64,000 nt of DNA from Eledone cirrhosa (GCA_964016885.1 OZ024743.1:104532001-104596000), one strand, 5' to 3'; positions 14,162 to 31,821 are shown, counted from the first letter of the stretch. Program-made: numbers and translations. Notes: a model not told the origin generated them from the letters alone.

Positions 14162-14669
14162 GTAGATAAATCTACCAAAATATACGGTAGTGTCCAATCC
14201 GTATGAAGAACTCAATGTAATCCAAATATCATGAAAAGAGAAGATGTATTCAAATTTTTTTCGATGAAAAACACAGTAAAACAGAGTCAAGATAAATTAA
14301 TAAAAATAATGAATAAAAACAAAGAAACAGTTCCTTATATTAAAAAAATAATCATTTTACGATCGTTTCTAGGATATATATGTGTGTGTTGGTATGTATA
14401 TCATATAGATCTATGTAAAATTTTTACAAACTATCAGAGGGAATATACATACCTACACACATATATGCTATCTTCAGAAATAATCTGAACACAGTATATA
14501 TATGTGTAGGTATGTATATTCCCTCTGATAGTTTGTAAAAATTTTACATAGATCTATATGATATACATACCAACACACACATATATATCCTAGAAACGAT
14601 CGTAAAATGATGAATTTTTTAATATAAGGAAATGTTTCTTTGTTTTTATTCATTATTTTTATTAATTTA
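14161..14669. mobile_element. Short head-to-head copy of Penelope-like family F pLTR
   Basis: Arms 14161-14485 (-) and 14495-14669 (+) match 27011-27200 and 28660-28980; flanked by (TA)n. Confidence 0.85.
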
Positions 14670-14672
14670 TAT

Positions 14673-14757
<85 letters not shown>

Positions 14758-14761
<4 letters not shown>

Positions 14762-14929
14762 TAAAATTCGGTTATAACGAATACCATTATAAAAAATGTT
14801 TCAGTATAACGAAATTTTTTCAATTGCCGGCCACACGCTCAATGTGTTAGGTCGATCTCGATATAAAGAATTTTTCATTACAGCGAATCTTTTTTATACC
14901 CTGTGTATTTCGTTATAACGGAATTTCAC

Positions 14930-14931
<2 letters not shown>
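14758..14931. mobile_element. Tc1/mariner-like MITE (same family as 12104-12259)
   Basis: Ends TTCGTTATAACGGAATTTCACTG-TA; TIR at the left end. Confidence 0.75.
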
Positions 14932-14992
<61 letters not shown>

Positions 14993-14994
<2 letters not shown>

Positions 14995-15333
14995 GTGAAG
15001 CGAGAGACTCTTAGTTTTCATTAAGACATCTCTCTAGGAGAAAGTCACTTTCATGTAAAACCTGCGAATTCATTTGCATCCAATGATGTAGACCAGTTCT
15101 TCTTTTAGGGCAAATGCATTCGATGTTCAGAGAGTGGGATTTGCCCCGTGAAAAGCCTTTCCTCTCTTAAAAAAAACTTCAAGCACAGGCATGGCTCGAT
15201 ATGTAACATTTTTGGGGATGTATGGTATTGCTGGCCATAGGCAAGTCCATAGCAGGACTAAAAAGTCACGTCCGTGATACTCAGGCTTAAGTATCAAGCC
15301 ATGGCATTACACGAAATCATGTAGCAGCCATCA
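14993..15333 (+). mobile_element. Shorter RTE-derived SINE subfamily
   Basis: Shares CTAGGAGAA, CATCCAATGATGT, GGACTAAAAAGTCAC and the GCAGCCATCAT 3' end with the 610-bp element; inverted relative at 25886-26219. Confidence 0.65.
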
Positions 15334-15335
15334 TA

Positions 15336-15398
<63 letters not shown>

Positions 15399-15911
15399 AT
15401 AGAGGTGTAACACACGAGTTGTGATATATTGGTAAAAGGAAAAGAAAATGCTGACAAATTGTTCCCAGTGAAAAATAGTTTAATTAGGAATAAGTAAAAA
15501 TTAGTAATAAGTATTGGTTAGTATTCAGTTTTGGTTTTACATTTTTACCGGTTGCGCATTTCTAATGCTTTTCAAAAATAATTTTGAGATAGAGCGCCCG
15601 TGATGTTTGCTCTAATCTGATTAGAGCAAACATCATATCTATATATATATATTTACCATCATATATATATATATATAAGTGGAAGCTTAGTAAAATCGAA
15701 GCTTTGGCTGTGGCCAAGCAAAGTCGACATACAATAAGGAATGAGTAGCAAAGCACTCAAGATTAGAGTAATAACATTACGTTTAAATAGCTTGACAAAT
15801 TGAAAATTGCGGTAGGCAAAACCCAACCATACAATACCAAAACAACGAAAGAACTAATCAGGTTAAAACAACATATATATATATATTTATATATATGTAT
15901 ATATATATATG

Positions 15912-16360
15912 TACATTCAGTTATTAGGAGTATTCCAAAGCTTGGTAGAACAAGTTGTGAGGAAAGTTCTCAACATACGTTAAGGTGACTCGACAGGTTG
16001 GTAGGGATTCTGTAGTGGAAACACGAACAAACGAGGAGTGTAATCAAAGAAGAGAAATAGGACGAAGGTAAACAATTACAAAAGAATTTAATCCACGTAT
16101 TTACAATTGTTTCATCAGAATTTCAGTCCATTATTGCTACACTATGTTATAATAGGCAATCAATTTTTTTTTTTTTTTTTTCATTTCCTAAGGTCATTCC
16201 AACTTTGTATTTTGAAAATTCGGATGCCACAGTATCTTTCTTGATTGCCTATTATAACATAGTGTAGCAATAATGGACTGAAATTCTGATGAAACAATTG
16301 TAAATACGTGGATTAAATTCTTTTGTAATTGTTTACCTTCGTCCTATTTCTCTTCTTTGA
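15912..16360. mobile_element. Fold-back element in (TA)n with HHR 3' half
   Basis: Inverted arms at about 16023-16163 / 16241-16360; GAAAC-AATT-GTA palindromic stem III; core degenerate. Confidence 0.65.
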
Positions 16361-16406
16361 TATATATATATGTATATAAATATGTGTATATATATATATA
16401 TGTGTG

Positions 16407-16602
<196 letters not shown>

Positions 16603-16672
16603 TAGATATGTCCCAAGGCTCTGATACCATCAACACTATAAACACAGAGCTGGCATATCTAAGAACTGACTA

Positions 16673-16728
16673 ACTGCCTGATGAGGTCATAGCCATTTAA
16701 TGGCTATCATCGAAATATATATAGCAGT
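16673..16728 (+). ncRNA. Type-I hammerhead with (TA)n stem III
   Basis: ACTGC-CTGATGA-GGTCATAGCCA-TTTAA-TGGCTATCATC-GAAA-TATATATA-GCAGT, followed by AATAAA. Confidence 0.8.
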
Positions 16729-16790
16729 AAATAAAGGATTATGAGTTCATGCAATTGACTTATGTTTCGTCACTATACATATATATATAT

Positions 16791-17360
<570 letters not shown>

Positions 17361-17364
<4 letters not shown>

Positions 17365-17638
17365 GGAGGTGATTTTTATTGTAGTACAATAAAGCATTGC
17401 AGATATCGGATAAGAAGCACTCTACAGTTTGTAGGACTGGAGTATACATAATATATAAGATCAAAAGATGGTTTTTTTATATGTTGATTTAAAACTGCAC
17501 TATCCACAAGTGTTTTTTAACCTTCATATCATGTCCTCCTATTTTATCTGATGAAAACACAAATGTTATTGCATGATGATATTTGTTTTTGAAATGCGCA
17601 TAATAAAATACATGGAACTCATTTAACCATCTTTTGAT

Positions 17639-17643
<5 letters not shown>
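17361..17643. mobile_element. Short head-to-head copy of family B pLTR
   Basis: Minus arm with tail (17361-17473) joined to a plus arm containing the HHR at 17540-17610. Confidence 0.8.
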
Positions 17644-18595
<952 letters not shown>

Positions 18596-18659
18596 GTGTG
18601 TGTGCGTGTTTGTTGATATGTATATGGGATCTCGGTTTCGACGTGTAATGCAATTATGT

Positions 18660-18880
18660 GGTCAACGAAACACATTGCTTTTGACACTAACCTGTACATG
18701 GCTGAGCATTACATAAACTCGTTTACTCTTAACGGAGCCCACAGGGAACTTCAGCGTGACAAAGGTTGCGACTTTGAATTACAAATACAACTCATTTTTC
18801 CAACTAAGTAGACGGGAACAATGTGAAATAGTGCGTCTTGCTCAAGGATACAACGCCCGACCAGGAATCGAATCCATGAC
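18660..18880 (-). mobile_element. Second tRNA-derived SINE type (CTTGAGCAAGAC...TTTCACATTG core)
   Basis: Minus-strand B-box-like GATTCGATTCC; the shared core is also at 60793-61060 (+). Confidence 0.6.
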
Positions 18881-19299
18881 TCATGCACTTTCACAGATGT
18901 ATGCATATCAAATGACTATACTGTATGTATAATATATGTATATCGTATATGTATGTTATACATAATAAATATACATATAATATTTTTACATATGCTATAT
19001 GTATATATTATATGTATGCTATATAGACGTGTGTGTGAATATGTAAATACATATGCAGAGTGATGTGGGTAGATAAGTGTACGTTAAAATGTGTGTGTGT
19101 TTATGTTTATATATGTATGCGTTTATGCAGGTGCACTGTTTTCTATATGTGGGTGGGAGAGTTTGTTTAGTTAAGCATTTTTGACACGCCTTTTTCTTAC
19201 ACGCATCGGCACTCATATATACACTCTAAACACACTAAACACATCCACACACGCATACATATGCACATATAGTGAGCAATACTAAATATATAGAGCTAT

Positions 19300-19502
19300 A
19301 CAGTTGTACATACATACACATAGTCTCACAGTTACACTCTATTATACATGTACACTAAACACACAAAGCCACACAGTTACACATACATACACACATACAC
19401 ATGTACACAACACAGAGAGAGCTATAGTTACACATACATACACACATACACATGTACACAACACAGAGAGAGCTATAGTTACACATACATACACACGTAC
19501 AC

Positions 19503-19544
<42 letters not shown>

Positions 19545-20600
19545 AAGAGAGATAGAGAGAGAAAGTGTGAGAGAGAGAGAGAGAGTGAGAGAGAAAGAGA
19601 GAGAGAGAGTGAAAGAGAGAGAAAGAAAGAGAGAGAGAGAGAGAGCTATAGTTACACATACATACACATGTACACTAAACACATAGAGTCACACAGAATC
19701 ACACATACATACACATACACAGCTACACATGCACACAACTACTCTTAAAGGTACAACTACATCCATATACATGCACACACACACCTCCAAACACAACCAC
19801 ATACTCATACATGCACACAAACGAGGCACACACACACCTAAACAAACAGTTAAATACACATACACACACATACATTACCAAGCAAACAGACACACATGCA
19901 TATACACATGCACACACACAAGCAAACGCACATGCACACACAGAAACACACACCCACACGTGTACACACATGCATATACATACACACACATATAGTACCA
20001 AACAAACAGCTACATATACAGACACACATTCACACACATGCACACACACACACACAAGCAAGCATACATACACACACACACACAAGCAAGCACACATACA
20101 CACACAGAGACACATAACCACACGTGCACACACATACACACACATACATTACCAAAGAAACAGCTACATACACAGACACACATGCACACACACACAAGCA
20201 AGCACACATGCACACACACAAGCAAGCACACATGCACACACACACACAAGCAAGCACACATGCACACACACAAGCAAGCACACAAGCACACACACAAGCA
20301 AGCACACATGCACACACACAAGCAAGCACACATGCACACACACGTGCACACACAGAGGCACACACCCACAAGTGCACACACACACATCCATACACATACA
20401 CACACACACATTACCAAACAAATAGCTAAATACACAGACACACATACACACACATACATTACCAAACACAACAGCTACATACACAGACACACATGCACAT
20501 ACCCATGCACACACGCATATACAGAGACACACACCCACACGTGCACACACATCCATACACATACACACACATATAAATACAGACACACATACACACCCAG
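19300..20600. repeat. CA/GA-rich compound microsatellite and short tandem repeats
   Basis: ACACATGCACACACACAAGCAAGC units and a (GA)n tract. Confidence 0.85.
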
Positions 20601-20734
20601 CCCATCCTGAAACAAGTGGTGCTATAACAGAAATGTGCTACATTATCTCCTAATTTGTGTCTTTATTAAGTTTTCAATTAGTATACTGGTTATATGTAGT
20701 GGTAGGCGTGGGTAGGTAGTCGTGTATGTGTGCA

Positions 20735-20826
<92 letters not shown>

Positions 20827-20913
20827 ATAAAATAACCCAGAAAAAAGAGAGAGAGAGAGAAAAAAAGGAAATAAATATATTTTTCTTCCTCATAATCGTC
20901 TCTTTCTCCCTGT

Positions 20914-21011
<98 letters not shown>

Positions 21012-21020
21012 GTATGTATA

Positions 21021-21111
<91 letters not shown>

Positions 21112-21115
<4 letters not shown>

Positions 21116-23898
21116 GGAGATGAGTTTTATTGTAGCACAATAAAGCAATGCAAATATTGGATAAGTAGCACTCAACAGTTTATAGGACTGGAGTATAAAT
21201 AATATAAAATCAAAAGATGGTTAAAAGAGTTCCATGTAGTTTATTATGCGCATTTCAAAACAAATATCATCATGGGATGATATTTGCGTTCTCATCAGAT
21301 AAAATAGCGAGACATGATATGAAGCTTAAAAAACACTTGCGAGCAGTGAAGTGTTAAATCAACATATGAAAAATAAAATTAGATGGATATTATGAGATTG
21401 GGAAAAAAAGAAAAGGATGGGGGGAAGGAAAAGGTAAGGAAGTGGAAGAAAAAATATAGATAGAAGAAAAAAATATAATAATAAGGAAAGGATGACGGAG
21501 GAGGAGTATAAGAAGGAGGAGAAAATTAGTGAGAGAGAGAGAGATAACCTTTAATACTGAGAAACACTGTCTCACAGAGAAAAAAAAACCGTTGTAAGAT
21601 AATACATAATTTTTAAAAAATTAAGAAATTAAAAGTTAATGAGGTTTATGAATGGTGATGCTTATGATTAAAGAAAAAGGAATTAAGAATACTATTTATT
21701 TAAGGTTTATATATTGAAGGGTTTAATAAGATGTTAATAAATGTATTATTAAAATAAAATATATTAAGAAGATAAGGTTAAATGAATTATGAACTTAGAA
21801 GAATTAATTAGGGTCCGAGTTTGTTTCAATATATTGTAATAGGAAAAAGTAAATAATAGATTTAATACGAGGATGGAAGGAGAGAAGAAAGAAAAAATTC
21901 AAGGAAGAAAAAATATATAACGTCAAAAAAATATGTTTACAAAATTTCTCTAATGGTAATATTAGTATATATTAAAAATAAAAATTTGTATGGCCGAGAA
22001 TATAAGGAAAATGCTATAGTGAGTTATAAGATGAATTAAGAAGTAATTGAGAAGTAAAAGTTGCAGATTAAAGATTAGAAATTAAAAAAGAAGAAAAATA
22101 GGGGACCGCTATCTCAACATTATCTCAAAACATAATACTAAAATATTAAGTAATAAATCATATCCATCCAACACTGAGCGTCATAATAATAACAATAGTA
22201 AGCCCGACGTCAATGTTAACTCTAGGCTGGATTCCGTAAATTTAAATACGACGTCAAACGTAACTTTGTCGAATGTTCATAATACCAATCTAAATCAAGA
22301 AACTTTAGCACCTATCGTAAGTAACTTCTCCAATTCAATTCCTTCTATAAATAATACTGGGGCACTTGCTAATAACTCTGGTAATTACTCTAATCGTAAT
22401 TGCAATTGCCCTATTAGAACTAAATGTCCTCTTACTAACCAATGTCTTGATAAACATTTAGTGTATGAATGTAAGGTTATAACTGGTACTAATTCTTTTA
22501 CCTATTTTGGTTCCACTTCCACTTCCTTTAAGGCAAGATTTTATAATCTCAATTCTTCTTTTAAATAACAACTTAAAAGAACTAACACAACACCCTCAGA
22601 ACACATATGGTCCTTAAAGGACAAAAATATTAACTACAACATTTCCTGGAGAAAGGTTTGCAGCACCTCTCCTTACCTTAATTCTTCCCTATCCAGAACA
22701 TGTAATCTCTGCCTAGCGGAGAAATTTACCATTATCTCTAATTTTAATTCTATAATAAATAGACGTACGGATTTATTTTCGCTCTGCTTGCATAAATCCC
22801 ATAGAACTTTCCATAAAGTATACAGCTAATATCTTACTACCTAATTAGTTTAAAATCTTTTTTTCTCAAACACTTTTATATTTTTTACAAATATACCCAT
22901 CTTTCTACCTTATTTCAGTATATTATATAATATTACTCATACTATGTCGTTAGCGGTCCCCTATTTTTCTTCTTTTTTAATTTCTAATCTTTAATCTGCA
23001 ACTTTTACTTCTCAATTACTTCTTAATTCATCTTATAACTCACTATAGCATTTTCCTTATATTCTCGGCCATACAAATTTTTATTTTTAATATATACTAA
23101 TATTACCATTAGAGAAATTTTGTAAACATATTTTTTTGACGTTATATATTTTTTCTTCCTTGAATTTTTTCTTTCTTCTCTCCTTCCATCCTCGTATTAA
23201 ATCTATTATTTACTTTTTCCTATTACAATATATTGAAACAAACTCGGACCCTAATTAATTCTTCTAAGTTCATAATTCATTTAACCTTATCTTCATTCAC
23301 CTTATCTGCTTAATATATTTTATTTTAATAATACATTTTAATAAATTCCTTTTCGCACATCTTATTAAACCCTTCAATATATAAACCTTAAATAAATAGT
23401 ATTCTTAATTCCTTTTTCTTTAATCATAAGCATCACCATTCATAAACCTCATTAACCTTTAATTTCTTAATTTTTTAAAAATTATGTATTATCTTACAAC
23501 GGTTTTTTTTTCTCTGTGAGACAGTGTTTCTCAGTATTAAAGGTTATCTCTCTCTCACTAATTTTCTCCTCCTCTCTCATCCTTCCTTCTTATACTCCTC
23601 CTCCGTCATCCTTTCCTTATTATTATATTTTTTTCTTCTATCTATATTTTTTCTTCCACTTCCTTACCTTTTCTTTCCCCCTTTCCTTTCCTTTTTTCCA
23701 ATCTCATAATCCCTCTAATTTTATTTTTCATATGTTGATTTAACACTTCACTGCTCGCAAGTGTTTTTTAAGCTTCATATCATGTCTCGCTATTTTATCT
23801 GATGAGAACGCAAATATCATCCCATGATGATATTTGTTTTTGAAATGAGCATAATAAAATACATGGAACTCTTTTAACCATCTTTTGATTTTATATTA
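21112..23898 (+). mobile_element. 5'-truncated Penelope-like element (Naiad-type), family B, with about 0.9-kb inverted pLTRs
   Basis: Arms 21200-22111 and 22951-23898 are inverted repeats; the centre encodes the endonuclease; HHRs at 21237-21306 (-) and 23791-23861 (+); (TA)n on both sides. Confidence 0.9.
22113..22829 (+). pseudogene. Penelope-like linker + zinc finger + GIY-YIG endonuclease, one in-frame TAA
   Basis: IISKHNTKIL...CNCPIRTKCPLTNQC (CxCx5Cx5C)...LVY...TYFG..FKARFYN...*...IWSLKDKNINYNISW...CNLCLAEK...CLH in one frame, with TAA at 22566. Confidence 0.85.
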
Positions 23899-23950
23899 TA
23901 TATATATATATATATATATATTACACACACAGAGAGAGAGAGAGAGAGAG

Positions 23951-24780
<830 letters not shown>

Positions 24781-24965
24781 TATTAAAAAAAATAAATATA
24801 TGTATGTACCATCTATACACACATAGAGATATTAAAAAAATAATAAATACATGTACGTACTAGCTATACACACATATAGGTATTTTCTGAGGCAAAAATA
24901 TCAGACATGAGATACAGGAAAATGCAATCAATATTTCATATAAAGAATAAATAAAGTCATACCTA

Positions 24966-25010
<45 letters not shown>

Positions 25011-25078
25011 ATATATAATATATATATACACACACACACGCGCACACGCACACACACACGCACGCACACACACATGCA

Positions 25079-25142
<64 letters not shown>

Positions 25143-25558
25143 TGTATATATACTTCGTTTTTTAATTTGTTTTTCAAGATTTCTTATCTGAAAACGTGTG
25201 TTGAAACAGATAATGTTATACTTTGGGAGGGTCATGTTGCCAATAAAAAACACACGCACCTGTTGGTTTTCACTTCAATTTATTATAAATCTCCGGCTGT
25301 TTGGCTGGTTCGATAACCGGATGGTTGTTTATATATTGTCAAAGCTCTTTCGTCACGCATTCTGTGACCTCATGAGTGACTGGGTTTTTTATTTTGTGTC
25401 TCTCCTTTCTTCTATCCTACACCATCTTGTTTTTGTGTGTTGTGTGTTTTGTGATTAGCTTGAGCATGCGTTACATCCGTGTGTGTGTGCGTGTGTTTTT
25501 ATTCATTTATTTATGTGTTTATTTATTTGTCACTAGTTAGTTGTTTGTTCTATCTATA

Positions 25559-25775
25559 CAAGGGCGGTGAAAGCATTTCTGAATTGGGGGGCCAAATTTG
25601 GACAATTTAGATGTAGTAATTAGTTTAGCTCTTTGCACTCTAAAATGGTCAGAAACCTTGATATGTGATAAACATAACATGTACATAAATTGTAGCGCAT
25701 ATCCAAATAGATGTGCGGTTTGGTAGTTTGGGGAGAACATATAATTATTGGAGGGGGGCATGCCCTCCACCCAAT
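25559..25775. mobile_element. MITE-like repeat (CAGGGGCGGTGGAAG-type ends)
   Basis: Homologous pieces at 49465-49690 and 51425-51561 (the latter ends TTCCACCGCCCCTG). Confidence 0.55.
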
Positions 25776-25885
25776 TAAAAGAAAAATAATGCTCTGTGCC
25801 CTTTCCTAAGGGGTTAATATATCGAGCTTCTTCGCATTTGGTAAGAAACTGGTATTACACCTAATTTATTCATCTCCTATATATA

Positions 25886-26219
25886 TGATGGTAATGGCTG
25901 CAAACTCGATTTCGAGTAATGCCATGAATATCACAGACTGGCTTTCTAGTCCTGATAGGGACTTGCCTATGGTCAGCAATACAATGCATTGCAAAAAAAT
26001 GTCACATATCGAGCCATGCCTGTGCTTGAAGCTTTTTTAAGTGAGGAAAGGCTTTGCATGGGCCAATCCCACTCTCTGAGCATCGAATACATTTGCAAAA
26101 AAAAAAAAAAAAAAGTACTGGTCTACATCATTGGATGCAAACGAAGTCGCAGGTTTTATATCAGAGTAACCTTCTCCCAGAGAGATATCTTAATGAAGAC
26201 TAGAAGTTTTTTGCTCCAC
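25886..26219 (-). mobile_element. Shorter RTE-derived SINE subfamily copy
   Basis: Reverse-complement homologue of 14993-15333. Confidence 0.65.
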
Positions 26220-26314
26220 AAAAAAAAAAAAAAAAAAATATATATATATACTTTATTGGATGGCCGTTGACTCTCCACCAGTTACACCACCCCCGATACA
26301 CACATACGCACACA

Positions 26315-26394
<80 letters not shown>

Positions 26395-27010
26395 TGAGAT
26401 AAGCGGAGCAAGTAAAATTCAAACAATTTCTTAAAATAAATTAAAAGTCATAGACACCCTATATATTTCCAGAGGTACTTAGTACCTGTGGGGATATTAA
26501 TCTCCTTTTATATTTTCTCCGTTATGTAGAGAATAAATCTGTTGTTTTATTTAGCTGCTATTTTTAGTGGCCTGATAGACAACACGTCTATGTTTACTTC
26601 CTGCTTCTACTAAGGGCTGGTTCATGCATAGGTCAAATTTACGGCCTCATTCGATCCTGTGCTAGCTGGCAGGTGGCAATATATTTTGCTGTTCTTGGGA
26701 CTTCTGTCCTAGGAAAGGAAAATGGTCCCTGATAATCCGAACATTTCCCTTGGAGATCCCTAGGATCTCCAATCTTTTGTAAAGTGAAACCGTCGGTAAA
26801 AGCAAATGGATTAGGTAAATATTTAAATTATATTTTTTTAATTTATTTTAAGAAATTGTTTGAATTTTACTTGCTCTGCTTATCTCACTTTTATAGTTTT
26901 GGTATGTCAAATTAATGCCATGGAACAACCACCGTATCATAGACACCCTATATATTTCCAGGGGTACTTAGTACCTGTGGGGATATTAATCTCCTTATAT
27001 ATATATATAT

Positions 27011-28980
27011 ATAAATTAATAAAAACAATGAGTAAAAACAAAGAAACAGTTCCTTATATTAAAAAATTCATCATTTTACGATCGTTTCTAGGATATATAT
27101 GTGTGTGTTGGTATGTATATCATATAGATCTATGTAAACATTTTACAAACTATCAGAGGAAATATACATACCTACACATATATATGCTGTCTTCAGAAAT
27201 AATGATATTTGTTTATTGAAAAAACCCAACAAAGATTTAATATAATAGGTCTGTTTGGGAACAGGTTTTACCTAAAATATACAACAAAATATAAGTGCCT
27301 GGGAACAGGTTTTACCTAAAATATACAACAAAATATACAACAAAATATAAGTGCCTACAATGCATATAAATGTAAAAAAACCATGAATATACCACCAACA
27401 CATCAAACTAACCATAATACTAAAATATACCGCAACAAACCACCATCTCCTTCACATATAACAAGTCGAGTAAATTCCACACCAAATTTGACTAACTTCC
27501 TGATATAATATTCACGAATCGTTGTAACTGTAGAAACAAAGCAAATTGCCATTAAAAGGAAATTGTCTTATTAATAACATAGTATATAAATGTAAAATTA
27601 GCACTAAGGACTCAACTTATTCATATATAGGAGCTACTTCTAACCAATTTAAAGTAAGATTTAATACCCACAAACATAGTTTTAAAAATGCCGTATTAGC
27701 AATACAACATCCTTGGCTGAAATAATTAATAATTATAGAAAAAAGAATATCGATTATAACCTGACCTGGAGTGTGCTCAAAAGGGCCACCCCTTATCAAA
27801 ATAACAGATATGAGTGTAGATTATGTTCCCAGGAACTTTTTGAAATAATGAAATCTAAGGATATCCTATTAAATAAGCGACAAGAATTAATTATATCGTG
27901 CAATCATAGAATTAGAAAAACTTTCAAATATTATAAACCTAATTAATATACACCTTACACTTATATTTTACAAATTATTATAATTAGTTTTTTAATTTAG
28001 TTAACCTATAATTAGAATTTTACTACTGAGAACTTCATAATTTTATTTCCCTTTTACAGCTCTCTTTTCCTAAAATTAATACCTATAAGTATACATATAA
28101 ACTATTTAAATTTCCTGTTATGAATCTAAATTCCTTGTAGTCTATATAAGTTGGTTATTTCTCACTAATACATTTATCCCATTGTTTTCCTTCGTTTTTA
28201 ACAACATACTTTAATAACATCTAACTCTTATTTATCACATCTATATGGACTAATATACATTTATCCCTATAAGTATACCTATCAATTAACTTAATTTAAT
28301 TTCTTATTATAGATCTAAATTCCTTGTGTTTTAAATAAGATTGGTATTTCTCACTAACACATTTACCCTAAAATTTTATTCTCCTTCGATTTTAACATTA
28401 GCATTATTCTTTAATAACATTAAATTTTCGTGTACCTTTCACCGGCTTGACCTCTTTTCATCCCAAAGTAATCTTTTCTTTCAAAGTATTCTTTCCATTC
28501 AAAACTGAAGCCTGCATTCCTCTACCCCTAAATTAAATTTCTACTACTACTATTCTATCAACTTGACCACTAACTACTTTTCTATTGGTCAATTCAAAAC
28601 CTGTTCCCAAACAGACCTATTATATTAAATCTTTGTTGTTTTTTTTCAATAAACAAATATCATTATTTCTGAAGACAGCATATATATGTGTAGGTATGTA
28701 TATTTCCTCTGATAATTTGTAAAATGTTTACATAGATCTATATGATATACATACCAACACACACATATATATCCTAGAAACGATCGTAAATGATGAATTT
28801 TTAATATAAGGAACTGTTTCTTTGTTTTTATTCATTGTTTTAATTAATTTATCTTGACTGTTTTCCTGTGATTTTCACCTAAAAATTTTTTGAATATATC
28901 TTCTCTTTTCATGATATTTGATTACATTGAGTTCTTCATACGGATTGGACACAACCGTATATTTTGGTAGATTTATCTAC
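27011..28980 (+). mobile_element. 5'-truncated Penelope-like element (Naiad-type), family F, with inverted pLTR
   Basis: Arms about 27011-27269 / 28596-28851 plus tail; frameshifted endonuclease 27523-27946 (CNCRNKANC..GNC, IVY...YIG, CRLC..E, LLNKRQE..CNH); HHRs at 27068-27205 (-) and 28660-28796 (+). Confidence 0.9.
28660..28796 (+). ncRNA. Type-I hammerhead with about 100-nt stem II
   Basis: TCATTATTT-CTGAAGA-[ATATATATGTGT..GGTATGTATAT...ATATACATACC..ACACATATATAT]-GAAA-CGATCG-TA-AATGATGA. Confidence 0.7.
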
Positions 28981-29280
28981 ATATATATATACGTTAACCT
29001 GTTTAGCTTGCTTCGTTTTTTTTGGCTCCGGTAGCTGATAGCTTCATGACCACCGTTTTCAGTTTATCTGGCCTCTATAACGTATGTTAATTGCTCTGGT
29101 CTTCTTTTAGTCCATTGAGCGCTTGCCGCATATCTCGAAAATTGCGTTTCGCTTTGTTTTTGACCACGGCCGAAATACGATCTCGCTGAAATTATATTTG
29201 TAAATATATGTATATATGTATGTATATATATATATGTATATATATATGTATATATATATTTGTATATATATATATATATA

Positions 29281-29330
<50 letters not shown>

Positions 29331-29390
29331 GATATGTATATATATATATGTGTATATATGTATATATATATGTATATATATATGTATATA

Positions 29391-30429
<1,039 letters not shown>

Positions 30430-30446
30430 GTATATATTTATGTCTG

Positions 30447-30477
<31 letters not shown>

Positions 30478-30634
30478 GATTCTGATTTAGGCACAAGGCC
30501 AGCAATTTTTAGGGGAGCGGAAAGTCGATTAAATCGACCCCAATATTTTACTGGTACTTTATTCTATCGACGCCGTAAGGATGAAACGCAAAGTTTAACC
30601 TCTCATCCTTACGGGTTCGTTATGTGCAACAGAC

Positions 30635-30836
<202 letters not shown>

Positions 30837-30880
30837 TGAAAAAGAACAAAGGAACTATTATGACATTATAACAAGTTTAT

Positions 30881-30927
30881 TGCCGACAGCCGTTTCGTCC
30901 GACCCCATGGTGGGACTTATCAAGGCA
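30881..30927 (-). ncRNA. Hammerhead-like motif with variant core
   Basis: TGCC-TTGATAA-GTCC..GGAC-GAAAC-GGCT-GTC-GGCA, followed by AATAAA. Confidence 0.55.
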
Positions 30928-31039
30928 TATAACACGCATAGAGCTTAACTAGCTACCGTCACATATTTGGTAAGTCAGACGTGATCATCGCGATTCACAT
31001 ACGACCTACCATACATCTTACTTATATATATATATATAT

Positions 31040-31475
31040 ATAATAATAAATGTAATCTGAGTTTTTCGAATATTAATAATAACATTCGATTTGTTTGCAA
31101 TTATGCAAATAAACCTCAATTTTAAAGCCATGTCAGTAGAATGAACCCTTCATTCTTGCTCTTGTGTTGGCATGTCTGCTAATATGCAAATCAGGCCGAT
31201 CAGTCACTGTGTACTTTTGAAAATAGCATATATTTTCACTAGCTCTGACAGTTTGGCATGTGAACAGTGAGCTGTACTGATGAAGGGTGATACCCAGAAA
31301 CATTAGTGTCTGCTGTTCTGTTGGCATGCCAACACAAGAGCAAGAATGCAGGGTTCATTCTACAGACATGGCTATAAAATTGACCCTTGTTTGCATAATT
31401 GCAAACAAATCAAATGTCATTATTAATATTCGAAAAACTCAGATAACATTTATTGTATTCAGCCATGTAGAGTGA
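31040..31475. mobile_element. Fold-back element with diverged arms and central HHR
   Basis: Arms about 31040-31175 / 31323-31460; HHR 31262-31318: GTA-CTGATGA-AGGGT-GAT-ACCC-A-GAAAC-ATTAGT-GTC-TGC; fragment at 61311-61432. Confidence 0.75.
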
Positions 31476-31480
31476 AAATT

Positions 31481-31531
<51 letters not shown>

Positions 31532-31534
<3 letters not shown>

Positions 31535-31818
31535 CGAAGGAAGTGTGGTAAGGAACCAGATGGACCACAACGCACCAGAGTACTCGATTCTTTGGCTAGT
31601 AGAGTGGGTAATAGGAAAAGAGTCAGGACCCCGACAGCTGAGCGAGCTCAAGCCGTTTCGACGGCTATTTCTGGACGCAATAGTCCAGAAATAGCCGTCG
31701 AAACGGCTTGAGCTCTGCCGTCGGGGTCATACTTTTTCCTATTTCCCACTCTACTATCCTAAATATTGAGTACTCTGGTGCGTTATGGTCCATCTGGTTC
31801 CTTACCACAATTCCTTCG

Positions 31819-31821
<3 letters not shown>
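31532..31821. mobile_element. Fold-back element in (TA)n (arms about 140 bp, loop GCAATA)
   Basis: Arms are identical for about 33 bp at the centre and diverged distally; fragment at 32770-32832. Confidence 0.75.

Noticed and set aside
22566-22568. In-frame stop in the Naiad-type endonuclease as possible selenocysteine recoding
   Set aside because: The codon is TAA, not TGA, and is not at a conserved Cys; simple decay is more likely.
26400-27000. Further HHR element (57-bp direct repeat 489 bp apart; CTGATAA...GAAACCGTC at 26729-26794)
   Set aside because: Core and stems are too degenerate to call a ribozyme; probably another decayed pLTR.
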